A stretch of DNA of 64,000 nucleotides from an uncultured Alphaproteobacteria bacterium (GCA_934271465.1 CAKQRQ010000010.1:951-64950); one strand, 5' to 3'. Numbered from the stretch's first letter, positions 1 to 10,230 are shown. A program made the numbers and translations. Notes: a model not told the origin generated them from the sequence alone.

Positions 1-1820
1 AACGCGCTCTCATCAGCAATAAAATCACCCAAAGACGAATCATCTTCATCCCCGACTGGAGATTCCAAGGAAACCGGCTCTTTTGCAATTTTCATCACTT
101 TTCGAACCTTTTCCAAAGGCATCGACAAACGTTTGGCCAATTCCTCAGGCACCGGCTCGCGCCCCATCTCGACCAACATCTGACGCGATGTCCGAACCAG
201 TTTGTTGATTGTCTCAATCATATGAACCGGAATACGAATAGTGCGCGCCTGATCAGCAATCGAACGGGTAATAGCCTGTCTAATCCACCAGGTCGCATAA
301 GTCGAAAACTTGTATCCGCGGCGATATTCAAACTTATCAACCGCTTTCATCAAACCGATATTACCTTCCTGAATCAAATCCAAGAACTGCAAGCCGCGGT
401 TTGTATATTTTTTGGCAATGGAAATAACAAGTCTCAAGTTAGCCTCAATCATTTCCTTCTTAGCGCGCTCGGCTTCTCTTTCGCCTTTTTTAATCGTATC
501 GACCATGCGGCGGTATTCGGTAATCGGCAAACCGCATTCCTGTGCCATTTGCGCCACGCTGTCGCGCAATTCTGTAATTTCAACACCGTATTTGTTGACA
601 AATTCCTGCCAATGCTTATCTTTGATATGAGCAACTTCCTCAAGCCAATTCGGATCAAGCTCGGCTTTTTGATACATTTTCAAAAAGTCTTCCCGTTTGA
701 TTTTGCAGCTCATCGCATAACGCAGCAATTTTCCTTCAAAACCCATCAAACGTTTGTTGATTCCGTTGAGCTGCTCAACAAGCTGTTCAATTCTAACAGC
801 ATTCAAATGAATAGAGCTCATTAACTCAACCAAATCTTTTTTAACTTCCAGATATTTCTTCTCGACCGCCGGCGTGATAGACTTGCCCGCAATAATGGCC
901 GCAACGCGTTGATTTTGGATTTTTTTCAAATCATCATAATAACTCGAAATCTTGGTCAAAATCTCAAGAACAGGCTCTTTCAAAGCCTCTTCCATCGCCG
1001 CAATAGAAGCTGATGTCCGGCCGCTTGCCCCATCCAAATCATCTTCGCTGTCTTCAGCATGCTCCTCGCCGTCTTCAGACGCCTCATCAGAAGGTTCATC
1101 ATCTTCAGCCACCTCATCAACGGCATCTTCCAGCTCCATATCGTCGTCCAAATCCTCGTCGATATCGTCCAGATTTTCTTTTTCATCAAGCTCTTGAGCA
1201 ACTTTATCCAAATCTTCGCTGGCGCCGCTGTCCTCTTCCTCAAAAGCCATCGCCTCGGCGTCATTGCCATACATCATTTCCAAATCGACAATATCTCTGA
1301 GCTGCATAGTGCCGTTAACCAGCTCATCGCGCCACCCGGTAATAGCCTGAATGGTCATGGGACTTTCGCACAACCCGTCAATCATAACGGTCTTTCCGGC
1401 CTCAATACGCTTGGCAATAGCAATCTCGCCCTCGCGGGACAAAAGTTCAACCGAGCCCATCTCTTTCAAATACATCCTGACAGGATCGTCGCTGCGCCCG
1501 AGTTCTCTCTCATCAAAATTACCGCTGTCGTCCTCGTCTTCGGCATAGTCCTCATCCTCGGAAGATTCCCCGTCAAACCCGTCGGCATCTGCCTCCGAAA
1601 TAATACTAATCCCCATATCCGAGATTGAGGTCATAATATCTTCAATATGTTCCGACGATTCTCTCTCGGAAGGCAAAGCCTTATTAAGCTCTTCCATTGT
1701 GATGAATCCGCGGGATTTTCCACGGTCAATCAAACGTTTAACAGCACTTCCCAAAGAATCAATTAACGGCGCGTCGGAAGACGCACCATCATACAAATCC
1801 GAATTTTCTATATCAGACAT
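1..1820 (-). CDS. rpoD: RNA polymerase sigma-70 factor RpoD, 3' end runs off the window
   Basis: Minus-strand translation from ATG (cat at 1818-1820) gives [25 protein letters not shown]...; an acidic region 1.1 follows, then the [20 protein letters not shown] and MLVEMGREP sigma-70 region 2/3 motifs. The ORF track shows only spurious plus-strand ORFs here. Confidence 0.9.
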   Translation of the reverse strand, partial: MSDIENSDLYDGASSDAPLIDSLGSAVKRLIDRGKSRGFITMEELNKALPSERESSEHIEDIMTSISDMGISIISEADADGFDGESSEDEDYAEDEDDSGNFDERELGRSDDPVRMYLKEMGSVELLSREGEIAIAKRIEAGKTVMIDGLCESPMTIQAITGWRDELVNGTMQLRDIVDLEMMYGNDAEAMAFEEEDSGASEDLDKVAQELDEKENLDDIDEDLDDDMELEDAVDEVAEDDEPSDEASEDGEEHAEDSEDDLDGASGRTSASIAAMEEALKEPVLEILTKISSYYDDLKKIQNQRVAAIIAGKSITPAVEKKYLEVKKDLVELMSSIHLNAVRIEQLVEQLNGINKRLMGFEGKLLRYAMSCKIKREDFLKMYQKAELDPNWLEEVAHIKDKHWQEFVNKYGVEITELRDSVAQMAQECGLPITEYRRMVDTIKKGEREAERAKKEMIEANLRLVISIAKKYTNRGLQFLDLIQEGNIGLMKAVDKFEYRRGYKFSTYATWWIRQAITRSIADQARTIRIPVHMIETINKLVRTSRQMLVEMGREPVPEELAKRLSMPLEKVRKVMKIAKEPVSLESPVGDEDDSSLGDFIADESA

Positions 1821-1948
1821 AAATTTTCCTAAAAATCGATTTTAAGTTAAGCTTAAACTTAATTCACGTTTTTAATAATTTTTCACCCTTTTGTCAAGCA
1901 TTAATGTTCCGATTCGCATCAAAAAAACCGCCGTGTGACTCGAATGCC

Positions 1949-3763
1949 TCAAATTTCCTCATTTTCACGCAAGAGAGCGTCTCTTTCCTTTTTGAGCCCC
2001 TCAAAGCGCTTAAAGTCTTCATCGGTAAAGTTGCCGCTTTCCAAAACACGTTTGCTTTCCCTTATATCGCTTTCCAGCTGCCTGAGTTGAACCTCAATAA
2101 TCCGCTCGTCCAAATCTTTACGCATCTTGATAATATCGGGACACTGTTTTTTCAAGATACGGCTGTCAACAAGCTTGCGCCACGCCGTCCCGCCCGAAAG
2201 TTCATCAAGTTTTTGGGACAAAGCAGCTTCTTCCGCCAAATCAGGCTCATCTCTGACAACAGCCAAAATATTTTCATACAACCCGCGCAAGACCTCGTCT
2301 TTAACCGAAAAATCAAGCAGCCGTTCTTCATATTCTTCCACAAGGCGCGGATAGCAGACAAAAGCCGATATAATATATTTGGCAACCAAATCGTCCAAAT
2401 CCGTCTTGACCGTCCGCACAAAAGACTGCGGCCGGCTTTTGGGCGCAAAAGAACGATGATAAGGCCTGTTTTCCAAGGTTTCAGAAACACCTTTTCCGAC
2501 AAACTCCGTATAAATTTTGGATTTCATCTCCCGAACATAATAAGCCCTGACGGTTTCATCGGCAATTTTAGCAACTTCTTCTTTGATCTCCTTTTCAACC
2601 AACGCCTTTTGCTCGGGTGTTTCGACGTTTTTACCCTCAAGCGTCTTTTTCCAGAGCAAATCTTTCAAAGGCAGAGTCGCCGTCACGGTTTTGATAAAAG
2701 CCTCGCTTCCTCTGGCCTTCAAAAATTCATCGGGATCCTGCTTGTCAGGCAAAAAAGCATATTGAAGCGAATACCCCGGTTTCAAAATAGGCAAAACCCT
2801 GTCAACCGACCGAACAGCCGCCTTTACACCGGCGCCGTCTCCATCAAAACAGCAAATCGGCTCCGGCACAACTTTCCAAGCCTCTTGGATTTGATTTTCA
2901 GTCAAGGCCGTCCCTAAAGGAGCCACCGCATAGCCGATGCCGTATTTATCCATAGCAATCACATCCATATACCCCTCGCAGATAATCAGCCTTTTGGCAT
3001 CATAGCCTTTTTCTCTGGCATAATTGAGGTTATAGAGCACGCGGCGCTTATTAAAAACGGGTGTTTCGGGCGAATTCAGGTATTTGGGCTGGCTTTTATC
3101 CATCACGCGGCCACCAAAAGCAATAACTTTGCCGCGTTTATCCATAATCGGAATCATCACGCGGTTGCGAAAAAAGTCATGCGGCGCACGGTTATCCTCT
3201 GGAATAGTTAACAATCCGAGCTCCGCCATTTCCTTGTCGCTGACACCGTGCGAAGCAAGCTGCGCCTTCAGACCGTTGTTCCCCGGCGCAAAGCCCAAAC
3301 GAAACTTTTGAATAATCGTATCATCAAACCCGCGGGCATACAAATAATCCAACCCCTCGCGCCCTGCCGGAAGCCGCAAAATCTTTTCAAAAAACCGCGC
3401 AGCCATTTCCATAATATCATAGGCGGTTGCTCTTTTCTCGACCTGCTCTTTGCTCTCGGGGTTCAGTTTCGGAAGTTCCATCCCGACCTTATGAGCCAGT
3501 TTTTCAACCGCCTCAATAAAGGTCAGCCCATTGGCCTCCATCTCAAATTTGATAATATCTCCGTGCGCTCCGCACCCGAAACAATGGTAAAACCCTTTGG
3601 CCTCATTTACCGTAAAAGACGGTGTTTTTTCGTTATGAAACGGACAGCACGCCTGATATTCCCGTCCTTTGCGGACAAGTTTGATTTTTGAGGAAATCAC
3701 ATCGACAATCGATATTTTCGCCCTCAATTCATCGCAAAATCTTTGTAAATTCGTTGACGCCAT
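1949..3763 (-). CDS. dnaG: DNA primase DnaG
   Basis: 604-aa ORF with a CCPFHNEKTPSF...CFGCGAHGD zinc-ribbon and a Toprim segment (EGYMDVIAM); sits in the canonical dnaG-rpoD arrangement. Confidence 0.9.
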   Translation of the reverse strand: MASTNLQRFCDELRAKISIVDVISSKIKLVRKGREYQACCPFHNEKTPSFTVNEAKGFYHCFGCGAHGDIIKFEMEANGLTFIEAVEKLAHKVGMELPKLNPESKEQVEKRATAYDIMEMAARFFEKILRLPAGREGLDYLYARGFDDTIIQKFRLGFAPGNNGLKAQLASHGVSDKEMAELGLLTIPEDNRAPHDFFRNRVMIPIMDKRGKVIAFGGRVMDKSQPKYLNSPETPVFNKRRVLYNLNYAREKGYDAKRLIICEGYMDVIAMDKYGIGYAVAPLGTALTENQIQEAWKVVPEPICCFDGDGAGVKAAVRSVDRVLPILKPGYSLQYAFLPDKQDPDEFLKARGSEAFIKTVTATLPLKDLLWKKTLEGKNVETPEQKALVEKEIKEEVAKIADETVRAYYVREMKSKIYTEFVGKGVSETLENRPYHRSFAPKSRPQSFVRTVKTDLDDLVAKYIISAFVCYPRLVEEYEERLLDFSVKDEVLRGLYENILAVVRDEPDLAEEAALSQKLDELSGGTAWRKLVDSRILKKQCPDIIKMRKDLDERIIEVQLRQLESDIRESKRVLESGNFTDEDFKRFEGLKKERDALLRENEEI

Positions 3764-3884
3764 AACACCCAGCCAAATTATATTTTGTGTTACTTTATCA
3801 AGATGAGTTTTTCTGTCAAGGGGTGTTGATTTTTTTTATAAAATGTTTATGCTGAATAAAAATTTTATAAAAAAGGAGATAACC

Positions 3885-4337
3885 ATGTTAAGAGAAGAAT
3901 TACAAAACGGTTTAAAAACAGCCATGCTTGCCAAAGATACCCTGACAACAAACGCCATCCGTATGATTATTGCCGGACAAAAAGAAAAAGATGTTGAAGC
4001 CCGCGGCAAAGGACAGGAAAAAGCCACCGACACTGAACTTTTGTCTATGATGCAGGGAATGATTAAGCAACGCAACGATTCGATTAAAATGTTTATGGAC
4101 GGACACCGCCCCGAACTGGCCGAAAAAGAAAAAGCCGAAATAGCCGTTATTGAGCGCTTTTTACCCAAACAAATGAGCCCTGAAGAAATGGAAGCAGCCA
4201 TCAAAGCCCTTATCGCTGAAACAAATGCATCTTCAATGAAAGATATGGGAAAAATTATGGGCGCACTCAAAACCAAATATGCCGGACAAATGGACATGGG
4301 CAAAGCCAACGGCCTTATCAAAACATTGCTAAGCTAA
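3885..4337 (+). CDS. GatB/YqeY domain protein
   Basis: RBS aaggag precedes ATG at 3885; MLREELQNGLKTAMLAKD...ERFLPKQMSPEEMEAAIKALI is typical of the YqeY/GatB C-terminal domain family. Its stop overlaps the convergent trxB stop by 4 nt. Confidence 0.75.
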   Translation: MLREELQNGLKTAMLAKDTLTTNAIRMIIAGQKEKDVEARGKGQEKATDTELLSMMQGMIKQRNDSIKMFMDGHRPELAEKEKAEIAVIERFLPKQMSPEEMEAAIKALIAETNASSMKDMGKIMGALKTKYAGQMDMGKANGLIKTLLS

Positions 4338-5278
4338 TCTTGCCTTTTATTCAAAAACCGCTCGGCTTCGAGAGCCCCTATGGCTCCAGAGCCGGCGGCA
4401 ATAATTGCCTGCCTGTAATGAGGATTTTGAACATCGCCTGAAGCAAAAATTCCGGGGATACTTGTTTTACAAGTTCCCATAGTTGTTTTAATATAGCCGT
4501 CTTTGTCCAACTCCAAGTGGTTTTTGAAAACATCTGTATTGGGCTTGTGCCCTATGGCAACAAACACACCGGATACATCCAAAATTTCTTTCTTATCCGT
4601 CCGAACATTCTTAAGCCTGAGCCCTGTTACCCCTTTAGGATTATCCTGTCCCAAGACTTCCTCGACCACACAATTATACTTAATATTGATTTTGTGGTTT
4701 TGCGCCAACTGGTCAAATAAGGCTTTGTCTGCCCGCATTTGCTCGCGTCTGTGGACAATCGTTACCGAGCGAACAAAATTCGTCAAATAAATAGCTTCCT
4801 CAGCGGCCGAATTTCCGCCCCCGACAACAGCAACATGCTTATTTTTATAGAAAAAGCCGTCACAGGTAGCGCAAACAGACACCCCAAATCCTCTAAACTT
4901 ATCCTCTCCGGCAACATTCAGCCATTTAGCCGACGCCCCTGTCGCAATAAGAACAGCATCGGCATAAAAGGCATTATGGTTTTCTGAAGAACACTCAAAC
5001 GGACGATGGGCAAAGTCAACCTCAACAATAATATCATTGACCATTGTCACGCCGAGATTCAAAACTTGCTGCCGCATGGTTTCCATTAAATCTGAGCCTC
5101 TGACAGACCCGACAAACCCCGGAAAATTAGAAACATCTTCGCTCAAGGTCAATTGTCCGCCGACCTCAAAACCTGAAACCAATACCGGCGACAGTCCGGC
5201 GCGAGCAGCATAAATCCCTGCCGTATAACCGGCCGGACCGGAACCGATAATCAGAAGTTTTGTTTTATATTCAGCCAT
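4334..5278 (-). CDS. trxB: thioredoxin-disulfide reductase
   Basis: LLIIGSGPAGYTAGIYAARA FAD motif, CATCDGFF redox-active CxxC, and GGGNSAAEEA NADPH motif. Confidence 0.9.
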   Translation of the reverse strand: MAEYKTKLLIIGSGPAGYTAGIYAARAGLSPVLVSGFEVGGQLTLSEDVSNFPGFVGSVRGSDLMETMRQQVLNLGVTMVNDIIVEVDFAHRPFECSSENHNAFYADAVLIATGASAKWLNVAGEDKFRGFGVSVCATCDGFFYKNKHVAVVGGGNSAAEEAIYLTNFVRSVTIVHRREQMRADKALFDQLAQNHKINIKYNCVVEEVLGQDNPKGVTGLRLKNVRTDKKEILDVSGVFVAIGHKPNTDVFKNHLELDKDGYIKTTMGTCKTSIPGIFASGDVQNPHYRQAIIAAGSGAIGALEAERFLNKRQD

Positions 5279-5284
5279 GAGCGC

Positions 5285-5503
5285 TTATTCGTGACAGGAA
5301 CATTCCGATCCGCACGTGCAAACGCTTGCATCGTGATAATAGCCGCCTTTACCATCTTCTTTGATGCAGCCGCAGTTATGCTTGGGTGTGCATCCGCACG
5401 GGCAGTCAACGTTATTGGGGTAGGTGCAGCCGCATTTGTTGTCATCATCGCAATCACAGCAATTGACATCGGGCACATCATCTCTGGTTCTGTATTTTTG
5501 CAT
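5285..5503 (-). CDS. small cysteine-rich (metallothionein-like) protein
   Basis: Start taken at the internal ATG (5501-5503) preceded by an aggaga RBS. The 72-aa product has about 17 Cys in CxC/CC/CxxC arrangements (NCCDCDDDNKCGCTYPNNVDCPCGCTPKHNCGCIKEDGKGGYYHDASVCTCGSECSCHE). Confidence 0.55.
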   Translation of the reverse strand: MQKYRTRDDVPDVNCCDCDDDNKCGCTYPNNVDCPCGCTPKHNCGCIKEDGKGGYYHDASVCTCGSECSCHE

Positions 5504-5581
5504 GGGTTTCTCCTGATATAATAAAAAAGCTGTCGATACAAACTTTCGACAGCTTTTAATATAAGACAATTTATTTTAAAT

Positions 5582-6055
5582 TTAAATATATTTAATATCA
5601 ATAATTTCAAAAGATTTTTGTCCCGACGGTGCCTTAAATTCGGCAACATCGCCTATTTCTTTGCCAATAAGGGCTTTGGCCAGCGGAGATGACAAAGAAA
5701 TCTTGTTTTTGACAATATCTGCCTCATAATCACCGACAATCTGATAAGACCTCTCTGTGTCATCATCTTCATCAGCAACCAAAACCGTTGCGCCAAAACG
5801 AACAACATCGCTTTTGATTGTGGGAACATCAATAACCTGCGCACGGCTCAACACAGCTTCCAAGTCCTGAATACGTCCTTCAATAAAGCTTTGTTTTTCT
5901 TTGGCCGCGGAATATTCGGCATTTTCAGAAAGGTCGCCTTGAGCGCGTGCTTCCGAAATAGCCGCAATGATATTCGGGCGTTCAACGCCTTTCAAATTTT
6001 TTAATTCGGCTTCCAACGCAATATAGCCGACTTTCGTCAGAGGTATTTTTTCCAT
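5582..6055 (-). CDS. greA: transcription elongation factor GreA
   Basis: MEKIPLTKVGYIALEAELKNLK...SENAEYSAAKEKQSFIEGRIQDLE matches the GreA N-terminal coiled coil and C-terminal FKBP-like domain; start chosen at the internal Met. Confidence 0.85.
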   Translation of the reverse strand: MEKIPLTKVGYIALEAELKNLKGVERPNIIAAISEARAQGDLSENAEYSAAKEKQSFIEGRIQDLEAVLSRAQVIDVPTIKSDVVRFGATVLVADEDDDTERSYQIVGDYEADIVKNKISLSSPLAKALIGKEIGDVAEFKAPSGQKSFEIIDIKYI

Positions 6056-6275
6056 TTTATCCACCTGTTTTTTGATTATTAGAAAAAAAGAACTGCGAGG
6101 GAGCAAAACTCCTTCACAGGCCGTTTGTCTTGTTATTGCTTTTACATATAGCACTCTTGGAAAAATAAATCAAGGACTTTTTCTTTTTGGGAAAAAAATA
6201 TTCTTTTTATATACATTCAAAAATTTTGTGCTAATCTCTAAAACGGTTTTAGAAATTTTTGGAGACTTATAAAAG

Positions 6276-6734
6276 ATGAAAAAAATTTATCTCTTGTCTG
6301 CCGTTGCGGCAGGCGTTTTGGCTTTGAGCGCCAATGCTCAGGCCTATGATTCAACAGGCTGCGGCCTTGGCTCTATGGCTTGGCGCGGCCAGTCCGGTAT
6401 TGTTCCGCAGGTTTTGGCTGCCACAACAAACGGATTCTTCGGCACACAAACTTTCGGTATTTCAACCGGAACTTCCGGCTGTGACCCGAACGGACGCGTT
6501 AGCGGCGGCACAGGCAAAATGCTCTTGGCGTTCCTTGAGAACAACATGGAGCAGTTTGCTTTGGACGCAGCTGCCGGACAGGGCGAAACTCTTGTAACCG
6601 TTGCCGGTATCCTGAATGTTGATGAAGCCTCTTTGGCTGGCAAACTCCAGAGCAATTTTGGCGTTTTGTTCGCCAGCAACGATGTTGACGCCGTTGATTT
6701 GACTTTGTCTGTTATGCAGATTGCCAAAGCTTAG
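6276..6734 (+). CDS. secreted hypothetical protein (signal peptide; possibly DUF3015-like)
   Basis: N-terminal MKKIYLLSAVAAGVLALSANA signal peptide; Gly/Thr/Ala-rich 130-aa mature part; family assignment is from memory only. Confidence 0.4.
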   Translation: MKKIYLLSAVAAGVLALSANAQAYDSTGCGLGSMAWRGQSGIVPQVLAATTNGFFGTQTFGISTGTSGCDPNGRVSGGTGKMLLAFLENNMEQFALDAAAGQGETLVTVAGILNVDEASLAGKLQSNFGVLFASNDVDAVDLTLSVMQIAKA

Positions 6735-6812
6735 GTCTTTAATCTGAAAGACAACGCATCCGGAGGTTTTTGTTTATACAGAGCCTTCGGATGTTGTTTT
6801 TTTAAGGCTTGT

Positions 6813-8606
6813 TTGATGAGATATTTAGCATTTTTTATATTGTTTTTGTATTCGGCAGAAGTTTTTGCCGCTGATTTCGCTTCATCGCCGCAGTGGCGCG
6901 CGGTGATGCATTACCATCGGGGCAAAAGTTCTATTGATTCGCCAAATTTCTTTTTGAGCCCTGCGGGTAAAACAAATCTGTCCGCTGAACTGGAAGCAAC
7001 AAAGGCTTTATTTGAAGGAGACGACGATATAACAAAATGTCAATTTCCGTCGCGCTACCTGCTTCTCAAAAAACAAGGACTGGTGCACAAACCTTTTCCG
7101 AAATGTGACGAATATGAGCAATTCAAAACTGACTTGCAGCCTGCCGGCGTGACGCTTTTGTTCACAGACGCTTATATGAACAATCCGTCATCTATGTTCG
7201 GGCATACGCTGTTTCGGATTGATACCAAACGCAAAGGAACGCAGCTTTTGGCACATGGAGCGAACTATGGCGCTTTTACCGGAGAGAATCCGGGAATGCT
7301 TTATGCTGTTTTGGGGCTGACGGGCGGTTATTTCGGCGGGTTTACGGTCAAGCCGTATTATGACATCATCAATACCTACAACAACATTGAGAATCGGGAC
7401 ATTTGGGAACTGAATTTGGATTTTTCGGACGATGAACTGGACTTTTTTGTTGCGCATTTGTGGGAAATCGGACAAACTCAATCACGTTATTATTTCTTTA
7501 CGCGCAATTGCTCTTATATGCTGATGGAGATGCTGGACGCTGTGCGTCCGTCTTTAAATCTGGCGGCGCAATTTCCGGTTCAGGCTATCCCGTTAGACAC
7601 CTTTAAAGCGGCTTATCGTTCGGAAGGACTTGTGAAGGGGCTGAATTATCGCCCGTCCAGACAAAACAAAATCAGACATCGGCACAAATTAATGTCTCAA
7701 AACCAGCGAGATGTATACGGCCGGATTATTAAAACAAAAAAGTTTGATTTGCCCGATGAGATGCCCGAGGCGCAAAAGGCTGATGTTTTAGAAACGGCTT
7801 ATCAATATGTTCAGTATCAATATGTCGCCAAAGAACTGGAACTTGGCGATTACCGCAAGCAAAGTTTCGACGCTCTGAGAGCGCGAAGTATTTTGAAAGA
7901 CAAAGGAAGCATTGAAGATTTGAGAGAAGGCCGTTCGCCGCTTGAGGCGCATGACTCAATGAGGCTTGTTGTCGGCGGCGGTATTCGAAACGGCGAAAGT
8001 TTTGAAGAAATTTCGTATCGACCGGCTTATCAATCTTTGACAGATGGCGATTACGGACTTCCCAAAGGGGCTGAGATTAATTTTTTGGAAACAAAATGGC
8101 GGCAGTATAATAACCGTCATAAATTTGTGCTTCAAAATTTGGATTTGCTGACTATTCGTTCAATTTCGCCGATTGACGAGATGTTTGCGCCGTTTTCATT
8201 TCAGATTAAGGCAAATGTCGAGCGGTGGAAAAATCCAAAGACAAGCAATGAAAATCATGTCGGCTTTTTTGAAATCGGCACGGGCGGAAGCTATGCTTTC
8301 AGTGATTGGCTTTGGGGATTTGCACTTGTGAACACACAAGCTGCGTATGGCGGAGCCCTCCCTCATGATTCTTGGATGGCCATGAGCCTCAACAGCGGCC
8401 TTTTATTTGATTTTGATCGCCTTAAAATGTTAGCCGAAGTTAAGCCTCAGGCTGCAACACAAAAACTCGGATTTCAAACAACCTATAAACTTGAAGCCAA
8501 TTATGTTTTGATGACCAATTTGGCTTTAAGCGCGCAATTTTTGTATGAAGACAAAAACGGGAAAGATGAGAAAGAATCAATACTTTCCCTGCGTAGTTAC
8601 TTTTAA
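6813..8606 (+). CDS. secreted hypothetical protein, DUF4105-like (Lnb N-terminal periplasmic-domain-like)
   Basis: Signal peptide MMRYLAFFILFLYSAEVFA; MFGHTLFRID and ...YYFFTRNCSYML motifs resemble DUF4105; family assignment is tentative. Confidence 0.4.
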   Translation: MMRYLAFFILFLYSAEVFAADFASSPQWRAVMHYHRGKSSIDSPNFFLSPAGKTNLSAELEATKALFEGDDDITKCQFPSRYLLLKKQGLVHKPFPKCDEYEQFKTDLQPAGVTLLFTDAYMNNPSSMFGHTLFRIDTKRKGTQLLAHGANYGAFTGENPGMLYAVLGLTGGYFGGFTVKPYYDIINTYNNIENRDIWELNLDFSDDELDFFVAHLWEIGQTQSRYYFFTRNCSYMLMEMLDAVRPSLNLAAQFPVQAIPLDTFKAAYRSEGLVKGLNYRPSRQNKIRHRHKLMSQNQRDVYGRIIKTKKFDLPDEMPEAQKADVLETAYQYVQYQYVAKELELGDYRKQSFDALRARSILKDKGSIEDLREGRSPLEAHDSMRLVVGGGIRNGESFEEISYRPAYQSLTDGDYGLPKGAEINFLETKWRQYNNRHKFVLQNLDLLTIRSISPIDEMFAPFSFQIKANVERWKNPKTSNENHVGFFEIGTGGSYAFSDWLWGFALVNTQAAYGGALPHDSWMAMSLNSGLLFDFDRLKMLAEVKPQAATQKLGFQTTYKLEANYVLMTNLALSAQFLYEDKNGKDEKESILSLRSYF

Positions 8607-8810
8607 AATAATAGAGCGTTTAAACGCTCCAGTCATTTCCAAGAGATTTCAAAAAATACACTTTTTAAGCGAACTGTCAACACATTGAAAAATAACGAAA
8701 AATTAAAATTATTGCTTTTTTAATAATTGGCTGATATACTTAAACCAATAGAGCGTTTAAACGTTGGTTTAAACGCTAGAGTCGGAGCGTCAACCACGGG
8801 GTTTTGTCTT

Positions 8811-10181
8811 ATGAAACAGCTTATTTTTATCCTTTTTACTTTTTGTGTTATTTCAAACACTTACGCATCTGACGAGTGTTTACATCGTCCAAGCTGTGAA
8901 GAATCAGGCTATACGCAGACTCGAAAAAAGTGCGCTTGTTTCAATAAAGACGTGCTCCCGTGTCCGTTTAATATTAATGATGATAACACAGTTTTCTGCG
9001 GAGATTTAGACTGCACGGATAAATGTAAAGATTTGCTTCCATTTTATGACGGACAAAGCAATACAAAAAAGATTATTGAACAGGCCGGCGAAAAAGGATT
9101 AGCTGCTTATGCGACAAATCTATTTTATGTTGGCAACAAGACAGGAGATTTCGGCCAAGGCAAATGGTATCTACCCTCTATCGGCGAATGGATGGATTTT
9201 ATCGGAACGGATATGTCTCAGGTTACACAACTTCTCTGGAGCAGCGGAAGTATCGGCGATAAAATGACACAGATTGAAGCCTCCCTTAAAACTTTAGCAA
9301 CCAAAGGAGCAGATGCTGAAATTTTAAGAGGAACGACATGGAAAGCTTATACAACATCATCACTATATGATAATGGTAAAAGTTGGATAATAGATTTGGC
9401 ACTTAAGTCAAGAAAAGTTGGCTATTTTCACCAACCAAGCGGCGGTGGGGGAAAAGTCCGTGCTGCTTTAATGATACGAAATTGTTTTAATCCGACAATC
9501 GGCGGAATTCCACCTAAAATCGGCGATGTAATGTATCAAGACAAAACCTATGGCGCTGTATCTGAGTATGACGGCAGCAAAACACCCGTCGGGGTTGTTG
9601 TCTCTGTTTCCGAAACCGGCCGCGATGTCATTATTCTGAATCTGAAAGATTTGACCTTCAATTCACAAACAGCGGTAAATAACTTTAATCCAGATAATCC
9701 CTACGGCGAAACGATTAACGTAATAGCTTGGGGGGTGCAAACTGTGGCATTAACATTCGGCACGGATGATTTTGTGACCGATTTGCAATCTTCCTGTAAC
9801 TGTAATTGCATGTTTTATGGAGAAGAAACAAACTGCCCCAAGGTTGACCATTGTGCGAAATATGATGGAAGTTGCTCCTGTTCAGAATGTGAAGAGGGAT
9901 ATTTGCTAGCGTATCAAGATGAAAAAATAGTCTGTTTCAAATATGACGGATGTTTCGGATGTCTGGTAGATGCCGGCGAAACCTATTACCGATATCAGGA
10001 TTATAAAACATTTAAAGAATGTTATGCGGTTTGCGGACCGCATTGCGAGCTGATGTCTTGCGGCGGCGTAACAGAATGTTATACTTGTGAAGGGGCTACC
10101 CAAAAAAAATGGATGGACTATGATAATTGCAGCATAGATTGTGAGAATTGCATCAAAACAAACGCTTGCTATTTTGAATAG
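8811..10181 (+). CDS. secreted Cys-rich modular protein with central DUF1566-like (GKWYLPSIGEW) domain
   Basis: Start chosen at MKQLIFILFTFCVISNTYA (signal peptide) rather than the ORF-track ATG at 8727. Has N-terminal Cys-rich repeats, a central domain, and a C-terminal Cys-rich NCPKVDHCAKYDGSCSCSEC module; paralog of 40073-42037. Confidence 0.7.
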   Translation: MKQLIFILFTFCVISNTYASDECLHRPSCEESGYTQTRKKCACFNKDVLPCPFNINDDNTVFCGDLDCTDKCKDLLPFYDGQSNTKKIIEQAGEKGLAAYATNLFYVGNKTGDFGQGKWYLPSIGEWMDFIGTDMSQVTQLLWSSGSIGDKMTQIEASLKTLATKGADAEILRGTTWKAYTTSSLYDNGKSWIIDLALKSRKVGYFHQPSGGGGKVRAALMIRNCFNPTIGGIPPKIGDVMYQDKTYGAVSEYDGSKTPVGVVVSVSETGRDVIILNLKDLTFNSQTAVNNFNPDNPYGETINVIAWGVQTVALTFGTDDFVTDLQSSCNCNCMFYGEETNCPKVDHCAKYDGSCSCSECEEGYLLAYQDEKIVCFKYDGCFGCLVDAGETYYRYQDYKTFKECYAVCGPHCELMSCGGVTECYTCEGATQKKWMDYDNCSIDCENCIKTNACYFE

Positions 10182-10230
10182 TTCTCATTAAACTTGCCTA
10201 GACTAATGTAAAAACAGCCCAAAATAAAAA

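Noticed and set aside
222-1628. Plus-strand ORFs (222-824, 952-1197, 1013-1300, 1059-1628 and others) with Ser/Pro/His-rich low-complexity products
   Set aside because: They lie antisense to the clearly recognisable rpoD gene (minus strand) and mirror its acidic region 1.1; spurious.
1904-3691. Plus-strand ORFs 1904-2917 and 3248-3691
   Set aside because: Antisense to dnaG; no motifs; spurious.
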